DNA of 64,000 nt from Marsupella aquatica (Eukaryota > Plantae > Marchantiophyta), in NCBI GenBank assembly GCA_973895155.1, contig OZ316899.1, forward strand, positions 11,872,834 through 11,936,833, given 5' to 3'. The position numbers and the translations under genes are program-made. Under the pieces are notes generated by a model. It saw only the letters and a list, made by a program, of their open reading frames with translations. It did not search any database and had not been told where the DNA came from. Below are positions 12,750 through 25,900 of the stretch, in pieces; the first letter of the stretch is position 1; each line of letters starts with the position of its first letter.

Positions 12750-14387
12750 CGTCTCTACGTGCTGAAAAAATGAGAAAGAGATTAGACGTCCATTTCAATC
12801 CAAACAGTGAATCTGCTGCGACTCTTCAATGAGACATTATCCTCAAAACAAATGACCATCCCCAGAACAGTGTCCCATCGCTCAATACTTTGAGTCATCA
12901 TGTAATTAATATTTTAAACGAGTCGGTCCTTTTGGACAATACCAAACACTACTCTCTCGCAACACCTTAAAGCATTCACAGTTTGGAGATCCAAACATCG
13001 TAAAACCTGAACAAGAAATCATTACGCTTATTGACTCCCCAATGAAGCAAGTCCAACGGAACACTGTCCGGTTGCTCCAAGAATGCAACATCCATTTGAT
13101 TTATTCTCTCCTCCTCAACAACTAATGTTTTTGAATAATAAGAACATGTTCTTAACTGAGCCACGAGACACTGTTTTGTGGCTTAACTTTCAAATAAATC
13201 TTCAAGATCCCATGAACCTTCATCAATGTGAAAAAAAAATATCTAAAATTTCCCCAAAATTGGAAAATAACGGTTATTAAAGACTTGGTGGGAGAAGTCC
13301 CATAGAACACTATCCCGTCCCTCAAAAATATAATGATCTTTGGATGTTTGACCCCAAAAAAACCAAACAAAAAAGGTGGAATTTTTAGTGTTCCAAGAAG
13401 CTTGGCTCCTGAGAAAGTCACAATTCCAAAGGAGATTGAATTTCATTAATTGGATTGAGGAGAGAGACAGAACACTATTATGTCCACTCATGGTATAATC
13501 TCTCTCTCGAATTGAATATTTGTGGTGATTGAGATATGCAAGATGACTCAGTCGACGGGACACTGTCCCATTTCTCACAAGAGATTGTTTAAGTCAACGA
13601 CAAAATAATGGCACTGACATGAAGACTGGGTATTTCTGTGAACAAATCATCTTCAAGAGCAACTGAGATTCTAGGGGCCGGGGTGGACTCAAATTTTGTC
13701 GATAACGACATGATCAAGTGACAAATCTAATTTTGATCAGACAAAGAGAGAGAGAATACACTCTTGAAAGTCTGAAAAGAGACCTTAGCAAACTAGATAA
13801 TACATTCAAAAATGAGGTAAAATGGAGATTGAAGATCACCTTCTACTATGTGCAAAAGAAGGTCTTCCAAAGTCAAAAGATCACTAATCCAAAGAGGACC
13901 ATCTTTGTCGCTGCTCTTGAGGGAGCAGTCAGTCCACGAGAGGGAGCTCAAAATCCACACGGGCCAAGCTCAAACAACAACCTTGACGCCGGAAAAATCT
14001 GCAAAAGCAAGCTCACCTGCACCTCGCACCGTTCTCAAACCAAGAATGAAACAAAATTTATGAGAGAAGAAGAAACGCGAACCAAATCAACAAACCAGGT
14101 GAAGTGCCTTCTCAACCAAACCAATTTTTTTGGGGGAAATTTGAAATTTGAAATAATGTTTTAGGGGGGAACTTTCATTTGCCCTCTTCGGGGTATTTAC
14201 ATAAGACAGGAAACAGGAAACCAGGAAACCAAAAACAGGAACTGATGACAGGAAATAGGAAACGGGAAACACAAAACATTAACAAAAGATGCTCAAAATG
14301 TTTCCAGCGTGAACCAAGATCTTGACATTCAAAACAGGTTTTTTAGAATATTTGTGTCAAATCCAGGCAAAATGGTCGAGACCGAGA

Positions 14388-14471
14388 GCACCTACTAGTG
14401 TGAAAGAAGTAAGGGGATTCCTTGGCATGGTGGGCTACTACCGAAGATTTGTAGAGGGCATTTCCATAACA
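14388..14471 (+). pseudogene. Isolated 84-bp Gypsy RT/RNase H-linker fragment
   Basis: Translates to APTSVKEVRGFLGMVGYYRRFVEGISIT, between two copies of a ~56-bp repeat. Confidence 0.85.
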
Positions 14472-14789
14472 CAGGAAACAGGAGTTTAGAAGATTCGTGT
14501 CAAATCCAGGAGATATGGTCGAGACCGAGAGTAGCGCCGGACGCTCATTTTATAAAATTTTGGGAACTGTACATTTAAACCTGGGTATTCCCAAAAAGCA
14601 TAGGCTCGCACCAGGCGCTACCAAAACTAGTTTATAAATGTCCGCTATCTACTCTTTACACAACCCGAATCAAAATACGCTAGCGATTAGAAAATCCGAA
14701 TGTAGTCTTTCATCCATTATCACAAATGAAAGGGGCTAGTCTCGAACACATTGGTTACACATTGCCTAGTCACAAAACACATTGTCGTC

Positions 14790-17200
14790 TTTGTGCATGG
14801 ATGTTGGATTTGGGTTCCTCTTATCACGTGTGTCCAACGCAATCTTATTTTTCTACTTACCAACCGTGTACTGGTAGCGTGGAAATCGGCAATGGGGTCC
14901 GATGTGAGATTGATGGCATGGGGACTATCAAATTTTGGATGTTTGATGGTGTTGTGCGAACATTGACAGAATTCAGGCACATACTAGACATATCTAAGAA
15001 CTTGATTTCTCTTGGTGCTTTGGAAGCTGGTGGATATCATTTTACTACACGTGATGGTGCGCTCTTTGTTGTCAAAGATGATGTATCTTTGATTAAGGCA
15101 CCACGGCAGAATAATTTGTACATGTTGCAAGGAAATGCCATTGCTCCTAGAGTGGAGCATGTGGATTTTATGGTGGAACGTTTGAATGCAGTGGCGTTGT
15201 CGGTTGCTTCAATTGAAGCACCATCAACATCTGATCGCACACAAGCCATAGATTTATGGCATGCACATTTGGGGCACTTGAGTGGTAAAGGATTGGCAGC
15301 CTTGGCAAACAAAGATTTGCTACAAGGTGCACAATCTGGAAAACTTTCTTTCTGTGAAGATTGCATCTACGGCAAGCAAAGAAGAGTGAGTTTCAGTTCT
15401 AGTTCCTACCATTCTCATGAGATTCTTGAGTATGTATATTTGGATATCTGGGGTCCAAAGCCGGAGCCATCGTTGGGTGGGGCCAGATATTTTGTGATGT
15501 TTGTAGATGATTACTCTCGAATGTGTTGGTTGTATTACATGAAGGAGAAGTCTCAAGTATTTGAGATCTTCAAGGAGTGGAAAGCCATGGTGGAGCTACA
15601 AATTAGGAAGAAGTTGAAGTGCGTTTGGTCAGATAACGATGGCAATTATAAGTCCAATGAGTTTGACCAATTTGGTCGGGACCTTGGCCTCAAGCATCAT
15701 TACACTGTACCAAAGACCCCGCAGCAAAATGAAGTTGCAGAATAGTTGAATCGAACATTAATGGAGAAAGCACGCAACATGCTATGTAGGTCCAAGTTGC
15801 CCAATAACTTTTGGGTTGAAGGTATCAACCAAGCTGCATATGTTTACAACCTGTAATTACACAATAGTAAGTTGATGCAAACTCCATTTGAATTGTGGTA
15901 TAAAAGACCTGCTGATTACTCTAGACTCCAAGTTTTTGGGTGTGCTGCCTACGTTCACATTGAGCAGACACACAAGTCTAAGTTGGATCCCAAGTCTAAG
16001 AATGTATTTTTCTAGGCTTTAGTCCGGGGCAAAAGGGCTACAAATTGTGGGATCATGTTGATTGCAAGGCAATTGTGAGCAAAAATGTTGTTTTTGATGA
16101 AAAATGGTTGTGAAAAACCCGGGATAATCCAGAGGAGCAACTGGAGGAACCCACTATGGTGGAGCTTGATGGTGTTGAGGAAGTTGTTGGTCCCTCAGGT
16201 AGAGGTGCAGTTCCTCAATTGAGGCACTCCACAAGGGCCAATCTTGGCCAACCCCCTGATAGATTTGGTTTTTCAGATCCTTGTGTTCACGTTGTTGAGC
16301 ATGACAATGATCTTGGTGTTATATTGCTCACTGAAGATGGAGACCCCTCTAGCTATGAAGAAGCTACGGCCTCTCCAGAGAAGGAGAAGTGGATGGAGGC
16401 GATGTTGAAGGAGTTGAATTCTTTGAAGAAGAATTCAACTTGGCGCTTAGTGGACATGCCTCGTGGAAAGACACTGGTTCCGTGTAGATGGTTGTACAAG
16501 AAGAAGCAGGATGACACTTACAAGGCACGCCTTGTGGCCAAAGGCCCAGAAGGAGGGCTACTACACAGAAAATTTTTCACCAGTTGTCAAACTTGCTACT
16601 ATCCGTGTTTTACTTGCAATTGTGGCATTCTATGATCTTGAGTTGGATCAAATGGATGTAATTACTGCTTTCCTGCATGGATTGCTTGATGTGGAGATTT
16701 ATATGACTTAGCCTCCAAGTTTTATTAACGAGAAGACCAGACACTTGGTGTGTCCACTCTTGCGCTCGTTATACAGTTTGAAATAGAGTCCCAAACAGTG
16801 GAATAAGTGTTTTGATTTCATCATGTTGTCTCAGGGGTTCACAAGGAGTGAACATGATTGTTGTATTTACATGAAGGAGGTGGAGAATTACTCACGCTTT
16901 GGTTACATTGTGCTGACACTGTACGTGGATGACATGTTGATCCTGGTTGAGAATAAGTCTGATATTGCCCGTCTGAAAGCAATGTTAAGTAAGGAGTTTT
17001 CAATGAAGGACTTGGGTTAGGCCAAGAAGATTCAAGGGATGGAGATTCATTGTGATAGGGAGTAGAGGCAATTATGGTTGTCTCAAAGGCAATATTTAGA
17101 GAAAGTACTTGCCAAGTATGGGATGGAGAATGCAAAACCAGTTGGTACTCCATTGGCTTCCCACTTTAAACTCTCAAAAAATGATTGCCCCTCTAGTGAG
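14790..17200 (+). pseudogene. Tnt1/Tork-like Copia pol, piece 1 (protease, integrase, RT)
   Basis: WMLDLGSSYH, LWHAHLGH, CEDCIYGKQ, FVDDYSR, TPQQN, YKARLVAKG, QMDVITAFLHG, LYVDDML; ends at LSKNDCPSSE. Confidence 0.92.
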
Positions 17201-17593
17201 AGGGGGGTTTGTACCATGCAAGGAAACAGGAGAAATTGCTAGCGACATGAGCTTTTGTTAGCGAGGGATATGTCATTTTTTGAATGGCATATTTAGTGCC
17301 TAGAAACGGGCCTAAAAAGGATTTCACACAACCAAACTAAGCATTTGTCAAAACTTTCATAATGCACATGGGTTGTAAGCGAGGGCGCTAGCCTTCCATC
17401 ATACACAAAACTGATCAAAACAAGATAACCAATAAAGATTATACTCAAGTTACAGACATTTCCCACTCATCAAAATTGGCTGCCTCGATTACTTTATTGA
17501 AACTGAGAGTAAGTTCCCTAGAATGGCTAAAGAGATCAAGCTTATTCTGCTGCTTCCCATTCAGGGAACACACAAGCAGAATCAAACTTCACA

Positions 17594-20500
17594 CTAATTT
17601 GTGGAATGACTTTCATCTGATTCCAAATCATTCCTACTACTACTATTGATTTCCGCACTGCTAAACTCCCTATCAGTTGACTCAGCGGACTCGTCCACAT
17701 ATCTCTTCACATGACCCGCCTCAACATCCATGAAAGGAAGGCTGTACAAATTCCTCCGAGCGCCACGATCTGACCTCCGACCTTTTCCTTCCCAAGTCAT
17801 AACAAAAGCCTCATTTGCTTCAATTCCAGACTTCTCCGCATAGCAAGGTAGAGTGAACAATTTCTTAGGCGAGAAGAGAAAAGCGCCCTCAATTTCCTTT
17901 TGGAGCCAAAATCTCTCCTCCGAGAACCAATCTACACGCCGATCACTGTAAGAAGCAAAACCAGCAACCGATTAATTCAAGGTGGAAAAAACTGAACTTA
18001 ACTTTCTAAACTCAGTTGGATTTGGTATGAGACAGGATAAGTACATTACTCCAATTAAGTCAAATTCATCGTGGTCATCTTTCCCATCCGGAGTAGGAAC
18101 TTTCGTTCTTCCACCACTCGATCCGGCAAGAGTAAAATCGTCATCTGAATCCCCGTCCTCCAATGACTCAGTACCCATCCTGACAGTGATGTCTTCAATT
18201 TTATTATGACAATCCGAAACCAACTTCAACGACTCTTGCGCAGCATCATGGAGAAATTCCCTATCCTCAACCCCAACTACAAACCTCTCAGAGAGTTCCC
18301 CCGCTCAGAATGAACTTCCATCTCCAACATTCCAATCTAGCACAATGTCTCTTGGCTTTGTCAAAAGCTCCATCACTGCCTGCATGAATGCAACAGATAA
18401 TCGACAAGACCCTGCAAAAGCTAACTCAGTCCTGACATTGATTTTTGGGTAACAAAGACTGAGTAACTTCTTATGAGATGCATCCTTGGATGTTGCCATG
18501 GGGATGTACTTCGGGTCCTTGGGGATCTTCCCATCAAATTCAGTTCGACAAAACACATCCAGACTGAGATTGCAAACCTGGAAAAGCAAACAATATGTCA
18601 AATATTGAGGCTGTGAAGGCTAGCGACCTCGCTGGCAAAAAACCACCTATAATTTAAACCAAAACTCTTGACATCTCACCTCAACATCGATGTCTGGCAT
18701 CCACATTGGGCTACTCAACAAAACGTGGTACTGGCGAAGATGTTTGAATTTATTCTTCTGCTCAATGGCAGCAAAAATCTGCTTCATGTGGTTAAATTCT
18801 CCACTATGGAGAACAGCCACATGTCCATCATCGGACAACATAGGCCTCATGACTCCGAAGAAGTAATAAGGAAGTTTCTCCATCCAAACATTCCATTCTG
18901 GCACCTTCACATCACATCAGTAACACAAGGCCTTAGTCCTGTAGGAAGAGCAATGAACCCAAGATGGGCACTGGTACCAGTGTAAGGCTTGCCATTGATT
19001 CTTAGGGGATTTGGATGTTCTGAAGAACTCAAAATCTCACTCAGCCAGCGATCCCCCTCCCCCATCCACGAAGGTCAAACTTTCTTCAAAGCAATGGAGT
19101 CTGCTGTGAAACGTAAATTACTCTTGGCAAAGAAATGTTGATTCCCATCCAGTTGAAGTCCACATATCCTCATCACACCCTCACTAATCGACCCTTCCTC
19201 ATCTTCTGAATCTGAGAGCACTTGAACTTTTCTCTTCTTCTTAAGCTTATCACCAATCGGTTTCGTCACAATCTCAAAATCCAGAGATTCAGGTTCAATG
19301 GGATCCTGTTGCCCACGATTCTGCACGGTCTAGACACTCTCTGAACCAGTCGACCTTCTCTTTTTTGGAAAATAAAAGAGAACCAAAAACCTCAAAAAAC
19401 GAGAATTTGCAAAGAAAGGACTAAACATTAGAAGCCGATGGAGAGTTAGGACGATGAGCACACTTACTTCTCCTGCCGGAAACCTGAGAGGTCTCTTTCG
19501 ACACCTCCTTCACAACGTCCTTCTTCAATTTTCTGGAATGGCTTCTATCAACAATTGGTGCAACACCAAGGCAAGCCTGCTCCATCGCCTCACACCCGGC
19601 CTGCACTGCTTCGAGGCTGGGCATTTTTGATTCAGAAATATAAAACTCTGGGACTAACCCACGATTTATCTTTTGCAAAGCAAGCTTCTCTGTCCCATCA
19701 AATGTCAGTGACCAATTCTCTGAATCTAAGTACCATGGACAGTGTAAAACCTCCCATTCACTCATCTTTCGGAGTGGCTCAACGTCCTCACAAGGGTACA
19801 TTGAGTAGTTGCCACATTTTTGATTTCCTAAATTGTCAGTCACGTATTCGGCCCATTGGGAGAAACACGCGGGGTAACACCACCAGAATGCTCGATTGGC
19901 CACCTCCCGGTCAACAAAAAATTGGTATACATATCTTTTTGCCCTTCTCCAAAATGCAACAATATCTATCTTTCCCCTACTTTTGGGGCCCAAATGCTCT
20001 TGAAAAACCTGGATTTAACTCGCTGCAAAAAGTCCTCAAACTCATCACTAATATCAAGAACAAGTGATGCCTTGTTCTTCTCTGAGGCTGAAAGAACTCG
20101 AGATTCAGGGACACTTAGAATCATTTCTGAAACAGTTTCGGACAAAAGAGATCTAGCAATCGACTCTACTTGTTCCCACGTAGCCCACCTGTGCAGCCAG
20201 AGTTTAGTCTCACTATCTGAGAATTGCCCAGGATGAAAATATTGCTTCCGTAGCTCGGGCTTGCACTATGCTTCAAGTAGATTGCAACGAAGTAGTGGGC
20301 TGAGAGATGTTACCCCGGTAAAAAGCCTCGCTCAATCAAGACCACATGAGACATTGCCTCTCCCTTTATCATCAGTCCTTTGTGCTTCCTTCCGTTCTTT
20401 CTCACAGTAGTTGTGCATCTCCACACATTTCTGAAAGAAATCCCCGAATTCAGGATTGAGAAGAGGAGCAATTTTTGGAACTTTAACATTCCAATCAGAT

Positions 20501-21641
20501 AGTTGCTCCTTCATCATTTCTCGTAGAGCAGTGTCCTTTGCAGCTTTTGACAAAGGTTCTCCAAGATCCTCCTTGAGAGAAAACTTCTTCTGCAAATCTG
20601 CAGTCTGGGAAGCTATATTTGCAGCTGATAGAATGTAAATACAAGCATCCAGGGTCATATTTTTCGAATACCAGGAGGGTTTCTTCACATTTTGCATCTT
20701 TTGTTGGAACAACTTGAAATTGTCTGCATCAATCAAATCCTTGTAGACCGACAAGTCCGTGTTCAGTATCTTCTGGACACGATCTGCTTCTAGGACCCAT
20801 GAATTCTCAACGTGGCATTGAGTGAGCCTGCCAATGAACAAAAGTATCAAAGATGTTTCGAGTACAAATCAGAGATAAGAAAACCCAAAATGTGAAGTGA
20901 CAGACAACATTGAATCAATCAGAACAGATCCGGTGCTCACCGGTTCAGGGCATGCATTGCAGATTCAATCTGCACAAATGTGTCTTTCTCCCCTTTGAAA
21001 ATCTTGGTGACAACACGAGGATGATATTTGATATCATGTGGGTTCTTGATGGCCAGCAGATTCCACGAGTACAGACGATGATTACCATCAAAAACGTGAA
21101 ACATTTTGTCCTTCAATACAGCAAAGTCTGGATGAGAATCGCACTCTCTCTCAAAATCTTCGTTCTACAACGCCCATATCGGATCCCAACCCATTCGAAT
21201 GGTGTCATTGATGAACTGAACCTCACCATTCTCGTTTGTCATCTGAACGTAAAACCTGGGCACGTCCTCAATGTAACCCTGAGCTCGAAACTCATTCTTG
21301 AGCGTTTCGATTGCATTGGAATCAGTCTGCAGCGACCTGACAAGCTGCATGTTTCGCATCCTACACAGTGGAATTCGAGGGGGAACAAGGGGATACCCAA
21401 ATTTGTTTGGCCCAAAGTGGTAGACGTGACGGTTGATCACCACGGAGAACGATTCCGACTTAGAAGACTCCATCGGTGGTGGCAAAATCTCCATTGGATC
21501 AACAAGTTTCCTTCGACGAGGTGTCTTCAAACCCGAAGCTAGTGCCTTGTTGGTAGTCGAAGACCTTGTCTCTCGACACTGAGAAGTTGCAGATTGTGAA
21601 GCTTGAGAAGAGATAGACTCTGGTGATGCAAAATTTGCCAT
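17594..21641 (-). pseudogene. Spliced ParB/Srx-like domain + N4/N6 amino-methyltransferase-like fusion gene
   Basis: RIPLCRM...VFDGNHRLYSW (DGNHR at 21075-21089); motif IV-like HLGFIALPTGL (~18934-18966); SAM-binding-like LLTKPRDIVLDWNVGDGSSF*AGELSERFVVGVED (18260-18370). Frame-preserving GT-AG introns at 20828-20940 and 18578-18679; several stops and frameshifts. Confidence 0.7.
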
Positions 21642-21712
21642 CGGCTGATAAAGAAAATGGAAGGGAGTAACACACGAACGAAGTGTTGCAGCAAGTACGG
21701 TGACTTCTAATT

Positions 21713-21850
21713 GGTATCCAAAGTCAGATTAGAGGGAGTATCCAAAGTCTCATTCGAGAGAGTATCCAAAGTAAAGTGGAGGACGACAACCGAGATTAGC
21801 GAAGGACCGAGCTGGGAATCCAAAGTTGGATTAGAGGGAGAATCCTAAGT
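21713..21850 (+). repeat. ~22-bp degenerate tandem repeat (core G(T/A)ATCCAAAGT) upstream of the ParB-MTase gene
   Basis: About five copies of (T/A)ATCC(A/T)AAGT, two followed by GATTAGAGGGAG. Confidence 0.7.
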
Positions 21851-22994
21851 AATCCACATACTGTGAACTGGGTATCTGACATTGACAGGGAATAATCCAA
21901 CGTCCCTCACAGATGGCAATAAAAAAATGCAAGTCTCTTTTAAACATCATTGGTTGAAGTTGGAACGTCATGAATACGTTGAGCAACTAGAATATTAACC
22001 GTAATATTCAACATTAACCCCATGCGACGTTCCCTTTAGAGGTTGTTAACGGGAAACTATCAATTTTAACGTTGACCAACCTTCTATTTTACCGTTGGGT
22101 TTCCGTTGGGAAAGACTTATGAGTAAACCATACCCATATATTTCCGAGCCATTATAGTTTGAGATTTTAGCTAGCGAGATCGCTATCCAAATGGACATCA
22201 GATTTTCAACGGTAATATATTAATACAAAAGAATGTAAACCCTAAATTTTAAGCGTTTCTTATTCTTGTTTAATTTTAAGGGACTCTAAATGCCTTTCCC
22301 CAAACCAACATTTGTCTAGAGAAAGTATAAACATTAAAGATGTTAGATGGAAAATATATTTTCAGTCGTTGTTTCCTGGTCATCCATTATGGGTAACGAG
22401 ATCGCTAGCTTAACTAGGGTATTGAATAAGACAACAAAATATTAGGGATATTGACCTTTACTACATCAAAGAGATAAGATGAATATTGGTGATTTTGCTA
22501 GCGACATCGCTGACCTGATAACTAGGGTTTATTTGACAACTTTATGTAGTAGTCATTGACTCAATGGATCCTCTAGAACCGTCTGGATTTTTGTAGGCGA
22601 GATCGTTTGCAATACATTCTTTCTGAGTTGAAGGTTTTGGTTTGTGAAGTTTGACAAAAAGTAGTCTTTAAAACTAATCTTCTATATTTCCTTTGTCTTT
22701 TCCCCAAAATGAAGGGCTTGACAGAATATTCCTTTATGTCATACCCTACATGTCCCTAAATATAATGGTCTCTAAATAGTCTCTAAATGATCTCTCTATA
22801 TAGAATATGACATGTATAGTGGTTAATCAAAATTGAGAGGTTAAAGCTAGCGACATCGCTAGCTATATTACATCTCCTTGATTTAATGTATCCGTTGGAC
22901 ATTTTGTCGTTTATTCAATGTTCCCTCAACGTTCACATTTAATCCCGTTAGATGTAGTTTTGGACATTCTTACATATCTTCTATACCACTACCT

Positions 22995-25900
22995 TTGGTA
23001 ATGTATCTTCATCTCAATTCGATGGCTTTGGTGGTCATATTCTGGCGAAGGAGCAATGGTGATGTTGTTAACTTGGAGGTGTCTTCCATGAGGAAGATCA
23101 CCCCGGTGACTGAGTCATTCCTCTTGACAAGATTTGGTATCACAAATGGTGACTACATGTCAAAGCTTTTTTTCCTTGTTTCTGTTGATGGTGCTCGAAA
23201 GGATAAATTCATTCCAAGAAGTCTTGATGGAGGAAGAGTTTGGGAGGTCGAGTCTGGAGATATTGTTGAGCTTGTTTCTGGAAAGGATGAAGATCCTGAG
23301 TCATTTGCAGATGTTCCAGGGATCCCTTTCCTTGGACGGAATTCTAAGATGATTCATGAACGGGTTTTTGTGGACCTGGACCCTCTAGAGTCTATAGGAA
23401 TTAATGATGAGGTGTCGGTGATGGGGTCAACAATTGTGGTGGACAATTTGAAGGAGGAGGTGGTTGAACCTAAGGCTGTGGGTTCTGATAGATTGACCAA
23501 AGTCTATAGAATTGGTGCATTTGAAGCATTCCTGAAGATTACTAGGGCCAGTGAGCTTGCTAGATTCAGAAGAGATGTTGCATGGGGTTGATTTCCAAGT
23601 TGACCGGCTTCCCACAAGTTACAATGGAGACAAGGTCTATGAGCTTCCTCCGGTGGAATCTAGATTTGGTCGAGGGCAAGGGCTTCTAGACATGGACCGT
23701 GATAATGATGGATATCCATGGACAAGATTGGTCACCACATCCGCTAATCTGAAGCCACGCGACCACTGGTCTGTTTTCAAGGTCCACTGCACAGGTGTTA
23801 TTCAATGTCAAAATTTGAATTGTTCAAAATTCAAAGAGACTGGGACCAAGAATGAAACTGCATTCCCAGGAAGGTCTCTTCTTACAGATGTCTTCCAGCC
23901 AGGTTCCCTTGTTCTTGAAGGAGGTTTGGTTTGCAGTTTTGTGATGAAAGACCTTTTTGTGTAAGGCCCTGTCCTGCTAAGATGTTTTATGTGTACGCAA
24001 AACCGGCCTTGGATTCACATATATCAAAGCATATGTCTCGACTTGCTGTGCATATGGGATTTCATGATCATCCAGTTCAAACTGGGAAGTGTCAAGTTGC
24101 CAAGAAGAAAGTGGAAGAAGTTATTCAAGGCGTCCAAATAGCTCATCCACTAGCAACACCCTCCAGGGTGAAGAACATTTCTATAGGGACAATGATATCG
24201 CTTTTGCATCCCGAGTCATGCCAAGATCTTTCAAAAGAATAGGAGGTTGAATTGTGGAATTCAATGAAAGTTGTGTCATCGCCGGCAATTTTTTGAAGTG
24301 TTAAGATAGGAAATCCCAAGAAAGGTGAGTTGGATTCACTTTGTGTGCTCATGTTTATGATCACACTTACCATGCCCTTTGTACAATATTCACTTGTGAA
24401 TTGAAAGTTGAGGATGCTGACTCTTTGGAAACTGCATGACGTTTAATGTTGGAGGTTGCTACCAAGAATGGTATTAGTGAGGTAGAGATAGCAGGTTTTA
24501 TGGTTGACAATGCTAAAGCTGGATGGATTGTTGTGAGAAATGTTTTCTTTGACGGTGTCCGGTTCCCAGAAAGAGAACATAGTGATGCATTCCATTTATC
24601 TCAGTCTCTGAGATGTCATACATTGGAGGGAATTTGTGACGGGAAACATTCAGAGCATTACAAGATGTGGGAGAAATTTCGGAACGCTCCAACATATGTT
24701 GAGGCATACAGAGTGGCAGACAAGATTCAAGAGTGGTGGAAATCTGGGAATTGTCATCATGGTAAATTGAGGGCTTTGCAAGGCTGGATTGCCTGGTGGG
24801 TTGTTCGTTGGCGACAATGGGGAAACTACTTCAGACTGGTAAGTGAAGTAAACCACTTGAGTTGGCTAGCGAGGTTGCTAGCATTCTGGTTAAGTGGGAG
24901 TTTATGTTTGGGGCCTTTCATCATGATACACAATCTTATGTTGTTTTTGTATTGGATTTCAGACTCAAACAACAAAGGAGTCAGCATTGATGCCAAATTG
25001 TACTGGAGCAGAATCTGTACATGTGTCAATGAGAGCCTGTCAAATGAAGAGGAAGATTGGATTGTTGGAAGCTTGTGAATTTGATCAAAATCGAGCTGGT
25101 GGACAGATTGCTGCCTTTGCTGCGTACATTGAGGGATGTCACAGGGGACATGGACCAACCATTTTCAAACTTGCATATCGGAATGCAGATACTCTTGGAT
25201 CTCTTGATGCTTTTGAGAAAGCATCAAATCTTTTGCTTGAGTCGTCTCCAAAGTATGATTTCCATCGTACCCAACCACTTCACGGGGATCTTTGCACAAA
25301 GTCTGGAAAGCGAAAAGGTCCTGCTTTGGCAAGAGTTGGTGCTGAAGACTCTCATCGACATGATAGGATAATGCGAACCGAGGCAGTGACCAGGGGGGTA
25401 CATCCTAGAAATCTATATTCGGATTTTGGAAGTGTGAAAGTGGTGGAAGATAAGCAAGATGTTTTGGAAACTTCCAAAATACTCCATCACTCAATGTCGT
25501 CTAGAGGTCCAGAAGTTGTTTTGGACCAATCCGTTGTGATCCTTCTTTCTGATAATGAAGAAAATGGCACTGATATGTTGATTGATGACACTCAAGAAAT
25601 TCCAAGGCCGTTGCATGAAGAAGCTGTATCTCCTCTTGGTACAGGGGAACCAATTCATATTCCACCTCGACGAATACCAGTTGTACATGAAGTAGACATA
25701 CCATTTGGGACTTGGCACTTCCGGAGGTGTGGAAACGGAAATGGTCCAGTCTGCAATGGGTCTATGGATCGAACCATTTTTGGAAGAGACGAGTGTAGGA
25801 ACTTCATCAAGGAAGTTGGGTATCACAAAAGATCATGCGGTGTTGTTGGGGTTGCCATCCACGGTTTGAGGATCACTTCGCCGCACACTCAACTTCTGTA

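Larger units (their letters stand above)
5025..14789 (-). mobile_element. Sola-like DNA transposon (interrupted; one end near 14789)
   Basis: Contains the Sola-type transposase and upstream ORFs; abuts the Copia protease at ~14790. The second terminus is not in view, so TIR and TSD cannot be verified. Confidence 0.55.

Noticed and set aside
14391-14400. CCTACTAGTG resembling a CACTA end
   Set aside because: It is the Pro-Thr-Ser-Val codons of the Gypsy RT fragment.
14678-14686. Half-site GCTAGCGA outside the MULE
   Set aside because: A single 8-mer without a second arm; about one is expected by chance in 64 kb.
22593-22610. Possible further palindrome copy GTAGGCGAGATCGTTTGC
   Set aside because: Five mismatches; too degenerate to count.
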